From Acidobacteriota bacterium (lineage in GTDB: Bacteria; Actinomycetota; Acidimicrobiia; Spongiisociales; ZC4RG35), in assembly GCA_022573225.1 (NCBI GenBank), contig JACZUI010000007.1, positions 2,183-66,182 on the forward strand: DNA of 64,000 bases, written 5' to 3'. This document shows positions 20,436-28,988 of the stretch, one piece after another. A model generated the notes under the pieces. That model was not told the DNA's origin. It saw nothing but the letters and a program-made list of their open reading frames with translations, and ran no database searches. Numbering within the stretch: position 1 is the stretch's first letter; each line of letters begins with the position of its first letter. Position numbers and translations under genes: made by a program.

Positions 20436-23400
20436 ATGACGGCCTATCTGGATGCCGTTGCGTCCGGTGTCGTCATTTTCGACGGTGCCACTGGCACCAA
20501 CCTCCAAACAGTGGGCTTGACGGCCGACGATTTCGGCGGCCCGTCATTGGAAGGCTGCAACGAGCTTCTCAACGTCACCCGTCCCGACGTGGTCCGGGCC
20601 CTGCACAGGTCGTTTCTGGATGTCGGGGTGGATGTCATCGAAACGAATACGTTTGGCGCCTTCTCGGTGCCGTTGAGCGAATACGGGTTGGAGAAACGGT
20701 CATACGAGATCGCCGCCGCCGGTGCCACTCTCGCCAGGGAGACCACCGACGCGTATACGGCCGCTGATGGGCGTCCCCGTTATGTAGCCGGATCGATCGG
20801 ACCCGGGACCAAGTTCGCCACTCTCGGCCAGATCACCTATATGGACTTGGTCGATTCCTATCAGGTTGAAGCGAGAGGCCTGATCGACGGGGGCGTCGAC
20901 CTCGTGATCATCGAAACCCAGTTCGATCTTCTTGGCGCCAAGGCCGCCATCGAAGGTGCCCGCCGCGCCATGCGTGACGCCTCGGTTGATCTTCCCGTCC
21001 AGGTCCAGGTCACGATCGAACTGACCGGTCGCATGTTGCCCGGAACAGAGATTGGAGCCGCCCTCAGTACGCTCGAAGCCCTCCATCCTGATGTGATCGG
21101 GCTCAACTGCGCCACCGGGCCCGGCGAGATGTACGAGGCGATCCGTCACCTCACCCGCTACTCGAGCGTTCCGGTCTCGGCGATCCCAAACGCCGGGCTT
21201 CCCCATGTCGAGAACGGGGAGATGGTCTATGACCTCGGCGCCGATGACCTGGCCGCCCATCTCGCGTCTTTCGTCACCGAGTTTGGGGTGGGAGTCATTG
21301 GGGGTTGCTGTGGCACCGGCCCCGAGCACCTCAGCGCAGTGGTGGAAGCCGTTCGGCCTCTCGAACCGAAGGACAGAGATCCTGAGTCGATCCCGTCGGC
21401 GGCTTCGATCTACAGCCAGGTTCCGTTCGATCAGGATGCATCATTCCTGATCATCGGCGAGCGGGCCAACGCCAACGGGTCAAAAGCCTTCCAGGAGGCG
21501 CTGCTGTCGGACGACCTCGAGTCGTGCGTCGCCATCGGAAAGAGTCAGTTGCGTGAGGGGGCTCATCTGGTCGACCTCTCTGTGGACTACGTCGGGCGCG
21601 ACGGGGTGGCCGACATGGAGAGGCTTGCTGCGGCTTTCGCTACCGATGTTGCAGCCCCGGTTGTGCTCGACTCGACCGAACCTGAGGTGATGGAGGCCGG
21701 TCTCCAGCAGCTCGGGGGGCGTTGTGTCCTGAACAGCGCCAATCTGGAAGATGGCGAAGGTGAAGGCTCCCGCATCGACCGGGTACTGACGCTGGCCCGC
21801 ACCTATGGCGCAGCGGTCATCTGCCTCCTGATCGACGAGGAGGGCCAGGCCAGGACTCTCGAGTGGAAGATGAGAGTGGCCCATCGGATCCACGACCTGG
21901 CTGTTGAGAAGTACGGGCTCGAGCCTTCCGATCTCATCTTCGATGCGCTGACCTTTCCGCTGACTACCGGTGGCGAGGACCTGCGACGCGACGGGATAGC
22001 CACGCTGGAGGCGATCAAGAGGATCAAGAAAGAGCTGCCGGGGACACGGACGGTGCTCGGAGTCTCCAATGTGTCCTTCGGTCTCAATCCGGCGGCTCGA
22101 CGGGTCATCAACTCGGTGTTTCTCCATGAAGCGGTGCAGGCAGGGCTCGACGCCGCGATCGTGCATGCCGGGAAGATCGAGCCGCTGTCGAACATCGACC
22201 CGGAACAGCGCGAGACCGCCTTCGATCTGGTGTACGACCGTCGAGAAGAGGGATACGACCCGTTGGAGAAGCTGCTGCAGCTCTTCGCCGGCGTGACCAC
22301 GACCGACGAGTCAGTCGACACTTATGAGGGCCTGGTTGTTGAGGATCGGCTCCCCAAGCGGATCATTGATGGTGATCAGAAGGGCATTATCGAGGACCTG
22401 GATCAGGCCCTGGACATGGGGCATAAGCCACTGGACATCATCAACCGTTTTCTGCTCGCCGGGATGAAGGTCGTCGGCGACCTGTTTGCGACCGGTGAGA
22501 TGCAGCTTCCGTTCGTCCTCAAGTCCGCCGAAACGATGAAGAAGGCAGTTGCACATCTCGAACCTCTCATGGAGAAGGCCGAGACGAATACTCGCGGCAA
22601 GATCGTGCTGGCCACCGTGCAAGGCGACGTCCATGACATCGGGAAGAACCTGGTCGACATCATCCTCAGCAACAACGGCTACCAGGTCCACAACCTCGGG
22701 ATCAAGGTGAGTATCTCCGAGATGGTCGCTGCCTATCGGGAGATGGGGGCCGATGCCATCGGGATGAGCGGACTGCTGGTGAAGTCGACGCTGATCATGA
22801 AGGACAACCTCGAGGAGCTGGAACGCCAGGGTCTCGGTCATGTTCCTGTCTTGCTCGGAGGTGCTGCCCTGACTCGGCGGTACGTCGAGTCTGATCTTCG
22901 CTCCCGCTACGCGGGACCCCTCTATTACGGCAAGAACGCCTTTGCCGGGCTCGACGCCATGGCCCACATCGCCGCCGGCGATGCGGCTCCTCAGCCGACG
23001 GCGCCCCGGGTGCGAGCCCGCGGTGCCGGAGAATCCGAGACTGTGCCGAATCGGTCGCCCTCGGTGAAGACCGACAATCAGATCTTCAAGCCACCGTTCG
23101 TGGGCTCCCGCGTCGTGAAGGGCATCTCCCTTGACGAGATAACCCCCTTCTTCAACCTCACCGCCCTGTTTCGGAACCAGTGGCAGTATCGGCCGGAGTC
23201 CGGCGAGACCGATGCGGAGTTCAAGGAGCGACTCGCTCCTTTGTTGCGCGAGCAGATGGCGCGAGCCCGTGCCGAAGATCTTCTCCACCCTCAGGTTGTG
23301 TACGGATACTTCCCGGCCAACGGCGACGGGGACGAGCTGGTGATCTGGGAGGATGAAGATCGAGTCTCGGAGCGCGCTCGGTTCGCCTTTCCCCGCCAGC

Positions 23401-23900
23401 AGGAAGATCCGTTCTTTTGCATCGCCGACTTCTTCAGGCCGGTCGGCGAGGAGATCGACTACGCCGCGTTCCACATCGTCACCATGGGACGCCGTATCTC
23501 AGAGCGCGCAGCCGAGCTGTTCGCCGCCGACGAGTATCAGGACTACCTCCATCTTCACGGACTGGGGGTGGAGATGGCAGAGGCGCTCGCCGAGCACTGG
23601 CATCACCGGGTCAGAACCGAATGGGGTTTCGCTACCGAGGACGGGCCGTCATTGCTCGGTCTGTTCCGTCAGAAGTATCGGGGGGGCCGGTATTCGTGGG
23701 GCTATCCGGCTTGTCCCGACCTGGAGGACAACGAGAAGGTGGCCGACCTCCTGGGCGCCAAACGCATCGGGATCGAGGTCGGTGAAGCCACGTCGTATCA
23801 GTACCAGCCGGAACAGACGACATCAGCGATCATCTGTCATCACCCTCAGGCCAAGTACTTCATCGCCCGCAAACCCAAGGAGGCCCGCAATGCTGATTGA
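20436..23900 (+). CDS. metH: Cobalamin-dependent methionine synthase
   Basis: All modules are recognisable: Hcy-binding (GLNCATGP, GGCCGT), pterin-binding, the B12 cap and binding region (DVHDIGKN, the DxHxxG motif) and the AdoMet activation domain. I chose ATG 20436 because GGAG lies 5 nt upstream. Confidence 0.95.
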   Translation: MTAYLDAVASGVVIFDGATGTNLQTVGLTADDFGGPSLEGCNELLNVTRPDVVRALHRSFLDVGVDVIETNTFGAFSVPLSEYGLEKRSYEIAAAGATLARETTDAYTAADGRPRYVAGSIGPGTKFATLGQITYMDLVDSYQVEARGLIDGGVDLVIIETQFDLLGAKAAIEGARRAMRDASVDLPVQVQVTIELTGRMLPGTEIGAALSTLEALHPDVIGLNCATGPGEMYEAIRHLTRYSSVPVSAIPNAGLPHVENGEMVYDLGADDLAAHLASFVTEFGVGVIGGCCGTGPEHLSAVVEAVRPLEPKDRDPESIPSAASIYSQVPFDQDASFLIIGERANANGSKAFQEALLSDDLESCVAIGKSQLREGAHLVDLSVDYVGRDGVADMERLAAAFATDVAAPVVLDSTEPEVMEAGLQQLGGRCVLNSANLEDGEGEGSRIDRVLTLARTYGAAVICLLIDEEGQARTLEWKMRVAHRIHDLAVEKYGLEPSDLIFDALTFPLTTGGEDLRRDGIATLEAIKRIKKELPGTRTVLGVSNVSFGLNPAARRVINSVFLHEAVQAGLDAAIVHAGKIEPLSNIDPEQRETAFDLVYDRREEGYDPLEKLLQLFAGVTTTDESVDTYEGLVVEDRLPKRIIDGDQKGIIEDLDQALDMGHKPLDIINRFLLAGMKVVGDLFATGEMQLPFVLKSAETMKKAVAHLEPLMEKAETNTRGKIVLATVQGDVHDIGKNLVDIILSNNGYQVHNLGIKVSISEMVAAYREMGADAIGMSGLLVKSTLIMKDNLEELERQGLGHVPVLLGGAALTRRYVESDLRSRYAGPLYYGKNAFAGLDAMAHIAAGDAAPQPTAPRVRARGAGESETVPNRSPSVKTDNQIFKPPFVGSRVVKGISLDEITPFFNLTALFRNQWQYRPESGETDAEFKERLAPLLREQMARARAEDLLHPQVVYGYFPANGDGDELVIWEDEDRVSERARFAFPRQQEDPFFCIADFFRPVGEEIDYAAFHIVTMGRRISERAAELFAADEYQDYLHLHGLGVEMAEALAEHWHHRVRTEWGFATEDGPSLLGLFRQKYRGGRYSWGYPACPDLEDNEKVADLLGAKRIGIEVGEATSYQYQPEQTTSAIICHHPQAKYFIARKPKEARNAD

Positions 23901-24681
23901 GTCGGCCGGCTGGCTGCGAGTCGCGGAAATCAACCCGCCGGAGTTGCCCGATCTCAGCCATCTGGATTTGGCGCCGGCCTGGAGCCATGTGCTCGTCACC
24001 GACAACGTCTTCGGTCGGATCCGGGTGTCGCCCTATGCCTTCTCGGCAAGGATCACCCATGACACGCCTCACGTTCACCCAACCGTCGTGGTGTCGACGC
24101 GGGATCGGAACATCCTCGCCATCGAATCCGAGGTTCGGGGTGCGCTGGGGAATGGGGTGAACTCGTTCCTCGTGGTGATCGGTGACACGGTTCCTCACAT
24201 CGATCACATGGCCCATCACTATGAGATTGTCGAGCATCTTCGGCGTCTTCGAGACGACCTTCCCAACTTCGAGGTAGGGATGCCGACCCGTTTCCGGGAA
24301 TGGCAGTTCCGTCGTCGGATCGAGCTCGGTACCGATTTCTTCGTGACGGGCCCGGTGCTGGATCCGGACGTGATCGGCCCCGAGATGGATCGGCTCAACC
24401 TGCGCGACGACGATCCGCCGGTCTTGCTGATGGTGATTCCCCCCTTCAGTCCGACGTGGGTCGATCAGATGGAGTCCATTGGAGCGGTTCCCTCGAGTGA
24501 AAAGCTTCGAAAGCGACTGGCCGAGGTTCCCCCCGACGTGCACCGGAAGCTCGGGTGGGAGATAACAGCCGAGATGGAACAGGCTGCCCGTGACGCCGGG
24601 GCGGCCGGCGTTGTGCTTATGGGCCTCAAGTTCAGCTCGGTTGTCGATGAGGCGGCTCAGGCCTGGCCAGAACTCCAGTAG
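23890..24681 (+). CDS. Methylenetetrahydrofolate reductase (MetF-like) family protein
   Basis: VAEINPP, VLVTDNVFGRIRVS, VVVSTRDRN...FLVVIGD and FFVTGPVLD follow the MTHFR TIM-barrel pattern. The ATG overlaps the metH stop by 11 nt. Confidence 0.65.
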   Translation: MLIESAGWLRVAEINPPELPDLSHLDLAPAWSHVLVTDNVFGRIRVSPYAFSARITHDTPHVHPTVVVSTRDRNILAIESEVRGALGNGVNSFLVVIGDTVPHIDHMAHHYEIVEHLRRLRDDLPNFEVGMPTRFREWQFRRRIELGTDFFVTGPVLDPDVIGPEMDRLNLRDDDPPVLLMVIPPFSPTWVDQMESIGAVPSSEKLRKRLAEVPPDVHRKLGWEITAEMEQAARDAGAAGVVLMGLKFSSVVDEAAQAWPELQ

Positions 24682-24691
24682 CTTCCGGGGC

Positions 24692-25345
24692 GTGACTCCT
24701 TTCGATCGCCAGGTGCGGGTCCAGATCTACCGCCATGTGATCGCCAGTTCCGAGGGGCCATCTGTGGCGCAGATCGCGGCAGAACGAGGATGGGCCCCCG
24801 ACGAGGTGGCCGAGGCCTTCCACAGACTCGCATCGGAACATCGGATTGTCCTGGTCCCTGAGGAGGACCGAGTCTGGATGGCCCATCCGTTCTCCGGAGT
24901 AGAGACCGGGTACGAGGTGATAGTCGGGAATCGCTCGTGGTTTGCCAACTGTGCCTGGGATGCCCTCGGCGTCCTGGCGTTGATGGGCGACGGCAAAGCC
25001 ATCTCGGCGCACGGCGAGACCGAGTTGGTGTGGAGCGTCGCCAACGGCACGGTGAGTCCCGATGGGGTGATTCACCTCCCAGTCCCGGCTCGAGAGTTCT
25101 GGGACGACATCGGCTTCACCTGAGGGAACATTCACGGGTTCCGGTCGGAATCCGAGCTTTCCTCCTGGCTGAGGGAGCACAACCAGGCGATTGGGTACAT
25201 TGCCCCGGTGCAGCAGATCTTCGAAATGTCGGTCGACTGGTACGCAGCGCGGCTGGATGAGGACTGGAGACCGCCTTCCCCCCAAGAGGCCTCCTCCTTG
25301 TTTGCCAGCCACGGGCTCGTCGGAGATTTCTGGGCGCTGGGCTAG
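24692..25345 (+). CDS. MerB-like (organomercurial lyase family) protein, 217 codons with an in-frame TGA (25121-25123) read as candidate selenocysteine
   Basis: The N-terminal HTH-like region and NCAWDALGVLALMG correspond to the MerB Cys96/Asp99 motif. The TGA aligns with the MerB FCC(159/160)HVHFF position. The frame stays open for 73 further GC3-rich codons (GNIHGFRSESELSSWLREH...) to TAG 25345. A SECIS-like hairpin follows. If TGA is a true stop, the CDS is 24692-25123. Confidence 0.55.
25135..25154 (+). promoter_or_regulatory. SECIS-like stem-loop downstream of the MerB-like TGA
   Basis: CGGGUUCC-GGUC-GGAAUCCG: an 8-bp stem with one G-U pair and a GGUC tetraloop at +23..+26 from the U of UGA. 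It resembles the E. coli fdhF SECIS apical loop. Confidence 0.5.
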
Positions 25346-25358
25346 GGGCGTCGAGACA

Positions 25359-26165
25359 ATGAGCCGTTTTGGATCTGAACAAGAGATGCTTGCCTTCTTC
25401 GACGAGCGCTATCTCCACGTCCTGGCACCGGTCATGCTGGAGATCGAGGCCGAGGCTCGGGGAACCGACTACGGAAGCGTCTCATGGAGCACCCGCGGAC
25501 AGGTCGAGCGGATGGCGACACACCTTGACCTTGGCAACGACAGCCGCCTGCTCGACATCGGGGCGGGGGCGGGCTGGCCCGGGCTCTATGTGGGCCAACG
25601 AACAGGGTGTCATGTCACCATGCTCGACTTTCCGGTCCATGGACTGAAGCTGGCGCTCGATCGGGCCGCTCGCGATTCGGTGGCGGCTCATGCGTCTGTA
25701 GCCGATGGGGCGTTGCTCCCCTTCTCCGAGGGCGTCTTTGAGGGAGTGATTCATAGTGACCTGTTGTGTTGCCTGACCCGTAAGCTCGAGGTTCTGGCGG
25801 AGTGCCGGCGAGTGGTTCGCCCAGGTGGGAGGATGGCCTTCACGGTGATAGAGGTGGTGCCCGACCTGGCTCCTGACGCGCACACGATCGCGGTCGAGTC
25901 GGGTCCGGAGTTCGTCGACACCGAATCGCCCTACGCCGATGTTCTCGCGGAAACGGGTTGGACCTTGAGCCAGGTTGAGGATGTGACCTCCGAGTTCCAG
26001 TCCATGGGTCGAACGCTGCTGCAATCAAGGGAGTCCCGCCGCGAGGCTCTCGTGGCCTTACTGGGCGCTGAGAACGTCGAGGAGATGATCGACCGCAACT
26101 GGGGAACCGTCGCATCGACAGAAGAGGGCCGGCTGTGTCGACGCCTCTACCTGGTCGAGGCATGA
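25359..26165 (+). CDS. Class I SAM-dependent methyltransferase
   Basis: Motif I LLDIGAGAGWPG, plus the post-I acidic residue and motif II/III pattern (VRPGGRMAF). I chose ATG 25359. The ORF-track start at 25191 is in a different frame from the coding-like MerB continuation and overlaps it. Confidence 0.8.
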   Translation: MSRFGSEQEMLAFFDERYLHVLAPVMLEIEAEARGTDYGSVSWSTRGQVERMATHLDLGNDSRLLDIGAGAGWPGLYVGQRTGCHVTMLDFPVHGLKLALDRAARDSVAAHASVADGALLPFSEGVFEGVIHSDLLCCLTRKLEVLAECRRVVRPGGRMAFTVIEVVPDLAPDAHTIAVESGPEFVDTESPYADVLAETGWTLSQVEDVTSEFQSMGRTLLQSRESRREALVALLGAENVEEMIDRNWGTVASTEEGRLCRRLYLVEA

Positions 26166-26629
26166 GCATCGGGTGGACGGGTCTCGTCTTGGCGGCCTTG
26201 GCCCTCGTTTCGTGCTCGGGGACGACCACCATCGTGGGCGACGCCGGCGTATCGAACCTGGCCGTGGGAGCGAGTGTCATCTCGTCGTCGCCTGGTCCGG
26301 GTAGCGGTGTGAGAACTGTCGCCGACGGTGATATGAACACCGGGTGGACCGGGCCGGATCCACCCTATTGGTTTGAGATCGATCTCGGTCGGCAGGTTGC
26401 GATCGAACGTGTTCGAGTGCTGGTCGGTCGGGATGTTGTGGCCAAGGTAGGAGTCAACGTGGGTGTGCACGACAATCCCGGTCGCCGGCCAGGATCATTT
26501 GACGGTGCATTACCGGGCGGGGACTGGCTTGACATCACGGTTGATTACGAGGCGCGGTTTATCCGGGTAACGGTTGAGGAAGCCGACGGTCACGCGACCT
26601 GGTTGGAGGTGGAGGTGATTCCTGGGTGA
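26162..26629 (+). CDS. Lipoprotein with a discoidin (F5/8 type C)-like domain
   Basis: Signal peptide plus lipobox (LALVSC). DGDMNTGW...YWFEIDLG...IERVRV is typical of a discoidin domain. ATGA overlap with the methyltransferase stop. Confidence 0.55.
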   Translation: MSIGWTGLVLAALALVSCSGTTTIVGDAGVSNLAVGASVISSSPGPGSGVRTVADGDMNTGWTGPDPPYWFEIDLGRQVAIERVRVLVGRDVVAKVGVNVGVHDNPGRRPGSFDGALPGGDWLDITVDYEARFIRVTVEEADGHATWLEVEVIPG

Positions 26630-26671
26630 ACAGTCCACAGCAAAGCGTTCTGAGTTTTCGCCGGTGGGCTT

Positions 26672-27574
26672 CTAGGCGTAGGACATGCCCATGCGCTTCT
26701 CGAAGCGTTCCGCCTTCTCCATGATCTGTGCCGGTACCGCCATGATCTTCTCTTGGAGCTCGGCCGCTGCCGGCTTGAGCCCGGTGAGATTGGCGATGCG
26801 CCAATCACGGAGCACGGGCATCACCACCTTGTCGTGGTGGATGCGGAGGTTGTAAACACCGGCCTTGGCCACTTCGAGCGAACGGCGCACGAATCGGGGC
26901 ATCGCCACACCGGGCATCTGGAATCCGTCGAGGGTTTTGAAGATCCCCGCCAGAACTGTCTCCGGGCTTTGGTCCAACATCGCCTGCATGACGCTCTTGT
27001 AGAAGATGTAGTGGTGGTTTTCGTCGGCGGCGATGTTCTTCATCATCTCGTAGGCGGCGGGGTCATCGGTGATCTTGCCGGCGTTGCGGTGACTCACTCT
27101 CGTTGCCAGCTCCTGGACCGCGGTGTAAGCGAAGATCTCGGTGGGATCGTCGTATGTCGGCTCGTAGCCGTTGATCACCGTGGCCATCCGGTCGTCCTCC
27201 AGCTCGTCCGGATCGCAGTTCCGCGAGGTCAGTAGATAACTTCTGATCCCGATCGCGTGTTGGCCTTCCTCGGCGGTCCATAGGTGATTCCATGCAGTGA
27301 ATGCCGAAGTCTTCGGCAAGTTCTGCTCGATGAGAGAGTGGTAGTAGGGGAGGTTGTCCTCGGTGAGAAGGTTCAGCACAAGCGATGTTCTGGCGTTCTC
27401 CGAGATGGTGCACTGTGAGACATCCCACGGCTTGTCGCGGAAACTCTCGCCTCTCTCCCACGGGACGATGTCGTGGAAGTACCAGTGGGTCCGCCGGGCC
27501 TTGTGCTCTTCAGTCAACCGGGCCACGTCGGGCTCGATTGCCTCGACCAGTTCGTAATTCTCGTTCAGGGCCAT
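26672..27574 (-). CDS. Acyl-ACP desaturase (soluble di-iron, DesA-like)
   Basis: Two di-iron EXXH motifs (TAEEGQHA and ADENHHY) and a length of about 300 aa. Confidence 0.8.
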   Translation of the reverse strand: MALNENYELVEAIEPDVARLTEEHKARRTHWYFHDIVPWERGESFRDKPWDVSQCTISENARTSLVLNLLTEDNLPYYHSLIEQNLPKTSAFTAWNHLWTAEEGQHAIGIRSYLLTSRNCDPDELEDDRMATVINGYEPTYDDPTEIFAYTAVQELATRVSHRNAGKITDDPAAYEMMKNIAADENHHYIFYKSVMQAMLDQSPETVLAGIFKTLDGFQMPGVAMPRFVRRSLEVAKAGVYNLRIHHDKVVMPVLRDWRIANLTGLKPAAAELQEKIMAVPAQIMEKAERFEKRMGMSYA

Positions 27575-27720
27575 TGGTTCCTCATAGCGGGGGATGTGAC
27601 AAGAACAATATCAGCGAGCGTATAGCAGGGGGAATCGGCCGCCTGATACCCAGGACTGGACCACCCTCATCGTCAGAAGTATAGGGCGGCCCATCACACC
27701 TGCTCGTTACCGTTTCGCCA

Positions 27721-28032
27721 ATGTGGGCCGACAGTGACGTTCGCCGCGTGGTTCTCGCCCGATTCATCTCACGAGTTGGTCTCATGGGACGCATCATGGG
27801 AGTGAACCACGTTCACAGCGAGGTCGGCCATCTCGTTCCGCTGGCGATCGCCCCTTTCCTCGCCGGGGTGTTTGGGGTTCAGGAGACCTTGATATTCGCC
27901 GGCGGGGTTGTTGCGCTTGTGGCTGCGCTCTTCTGGCCGGCAGCGAGCCGACTTGACCGCACCCGGTTGGTTGAAGTGCCTGCAACGGGGCTACCGGACC
28001 CGACCGATGAGCCGCGGTCGGTTGGGCATTGA
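27721..28032 (+). pseudogene. Probable C-terminal remnant of an MFS transporter
   Basis: Only the last roughly 2 TM helices of an MFS-like protein are present (LARFISRVGLMGRIMG..., LAIAPFLAGVFG...). There is no room for the rest upstream of it. Confidence 0.3.
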
Positions 28033-28124
28033 TAAGAGCCCGGACGCGCAGGGATGACACGGTGACGCGGTGGGTGTGACGCTCGCGTCGACCTGGGGAC
28101 TTCCTCGGTAGGCTCTCGCCATCC

Positions 28125-28988
28125 ATGACCGACGCCTCCACCGAGCAGGGAACTTCCACCACGGCGGTACGGACCGGTGTGTCGGTTGTGGCGCTGATAG
28201 CGACATTGGTGCTGTTCTGGGAGGGCTACAAGTTCATCTGGACGGCCCTGGAATGGACCTGGCCGGTGAACCCGTCGGATCGGACCTTGCCCCATACCTG
28301 GGATATCGTGGCTGCCCTCTTCAAACCAGCCCAACGCAACGGGCCGCTTCTGATCTTTGTCGAGTTGAAAGCGGCATTATTCACACTCCGGGAGGCCTTT
28401 GTCGGCTTCATCATCGGCGGCTCGATCGGCTTCGGACTCGGTGTTCTATTTGTTCGCTCTAAAACCTCAGAGCGAGCATTCATGCCCTACGTTGTCGGCT
28501 CTCAGACTGTGCCGATCCTGGCCATCGCCCCGATGGTGGTGGTATGGGGCGGCAAGCTCGATATTCCCCAATGGTTGACCGTCTCCATAATCGCTGCGTA
28601 TCTGACCTTCTTCCCCGTGACCATCAACACATTGCGCGGTTTGCGCTCACCCGAACCCACGGCGGTCGAGTTGATGCGGTCTTATGCGAGTTCGCCCAAC
28701 GAGACACTGTGGAAACTCCAGGTGCCTTCTGCAATGCCATACATCTTCACCGCGTTGAAAGTGTCGGCAGCAGCCAGCGTCATTGGTGCCATCGTTGGCG
28801 AGTTGCCCGCCGGCTTCCGCGGGGGGATCGGGCGGGACCTTCTCCAGTTCTCCCAGCAGTTCACCGCGGCTCCCGAGAAGCTGTTTGCCGCTGTGATCAT
28901 CGCCGGACTCGCCGGCATGGTGTTTGTTGGGGCGGTCACCGCGGCCGAGCACCGTTTCATCGCCGGTAGTAGGCGGGAGCCGACATGA
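28125..28988 (+). CDS. ABC transporter permease (NitT/TauT-type)
   Basis: Polytopic membrane protein with an EAA-like loop (MRSYASSPNETLWKLQVPSAMPY). Confidence 0.85.
   Translation: MTDASTEQGTSTTAVRTGVSVVALIATLVLFWEGYKFIWTALEWTWPVNPSDRTLPHTWDIVAALFKPAQRNGPLLIFVELKAALFTLREAFVGFIIGGSIGFGLGVLFVRSKTSERAFMPYVVGSQTVPILAIAPMVVVWGGKLDIPQWLTVSIIAAYLTFFPVTINTLRGLRSPEPTAVELMRSYASSPNETLWKLQVPSAMPYIFTALKVSAAASVIGAIVGELPAGFRGGIGRDLLQFSQQFTAAPEKLFAAVIIAGLAGMVFVGAVTAAEHRFIAGSRREPT

Noticed and set aside
22311-23474. 387-aa ORF on the - strand
   Set aside because: It is antisense to metH, whose domains are all recognisable on the + strand.
23353-23889. Long N-terminal extension of the MTHFR-like ORF (ORF-track start 23353)
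   Set aside because: It overlaps the 3' end of metH in another frame and has Ser/Arg/Pro-rich composition. Family similarity begins only at ATG 23890.
25121-25123. TGA read as Trp (alternative genetic code), or plain read-through, instead of Sec
   Set aside because: TGA clearly terminates many genes here, including ATGA-coupled pairs. High-GC Actinomycetota are not known to use code 4. Both TGAs align with Cys, not Trp, and both are followed by SECIS-like hairpins. A simple nonsense mutation or sequencing error cannot be excluded from the sequence alone, and this is stated in the findings.
25191-25358. ORF-track start at 25191 for the methyltransferase
   Set aside because: The extension (MGTLPRCSRSSKCRSTGTQRGW...) is not protein-like. 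It also overlaps, in another frame, the coding-like continuation of the MerB-like gene. Methyltransferase similarity starts at ATG 25359.
20163-26700. Classical mercury-resistance (mer) island around the MerB-like gene
   Set aside because: I looked for MerR (HTH plus a C-x8-C-P pattern), MerT/MerP (GMTCxxC) and MerA (a pyridine nucleotide-disulfide oxidoreductase with a CC tail). None is present within the flanking genes.
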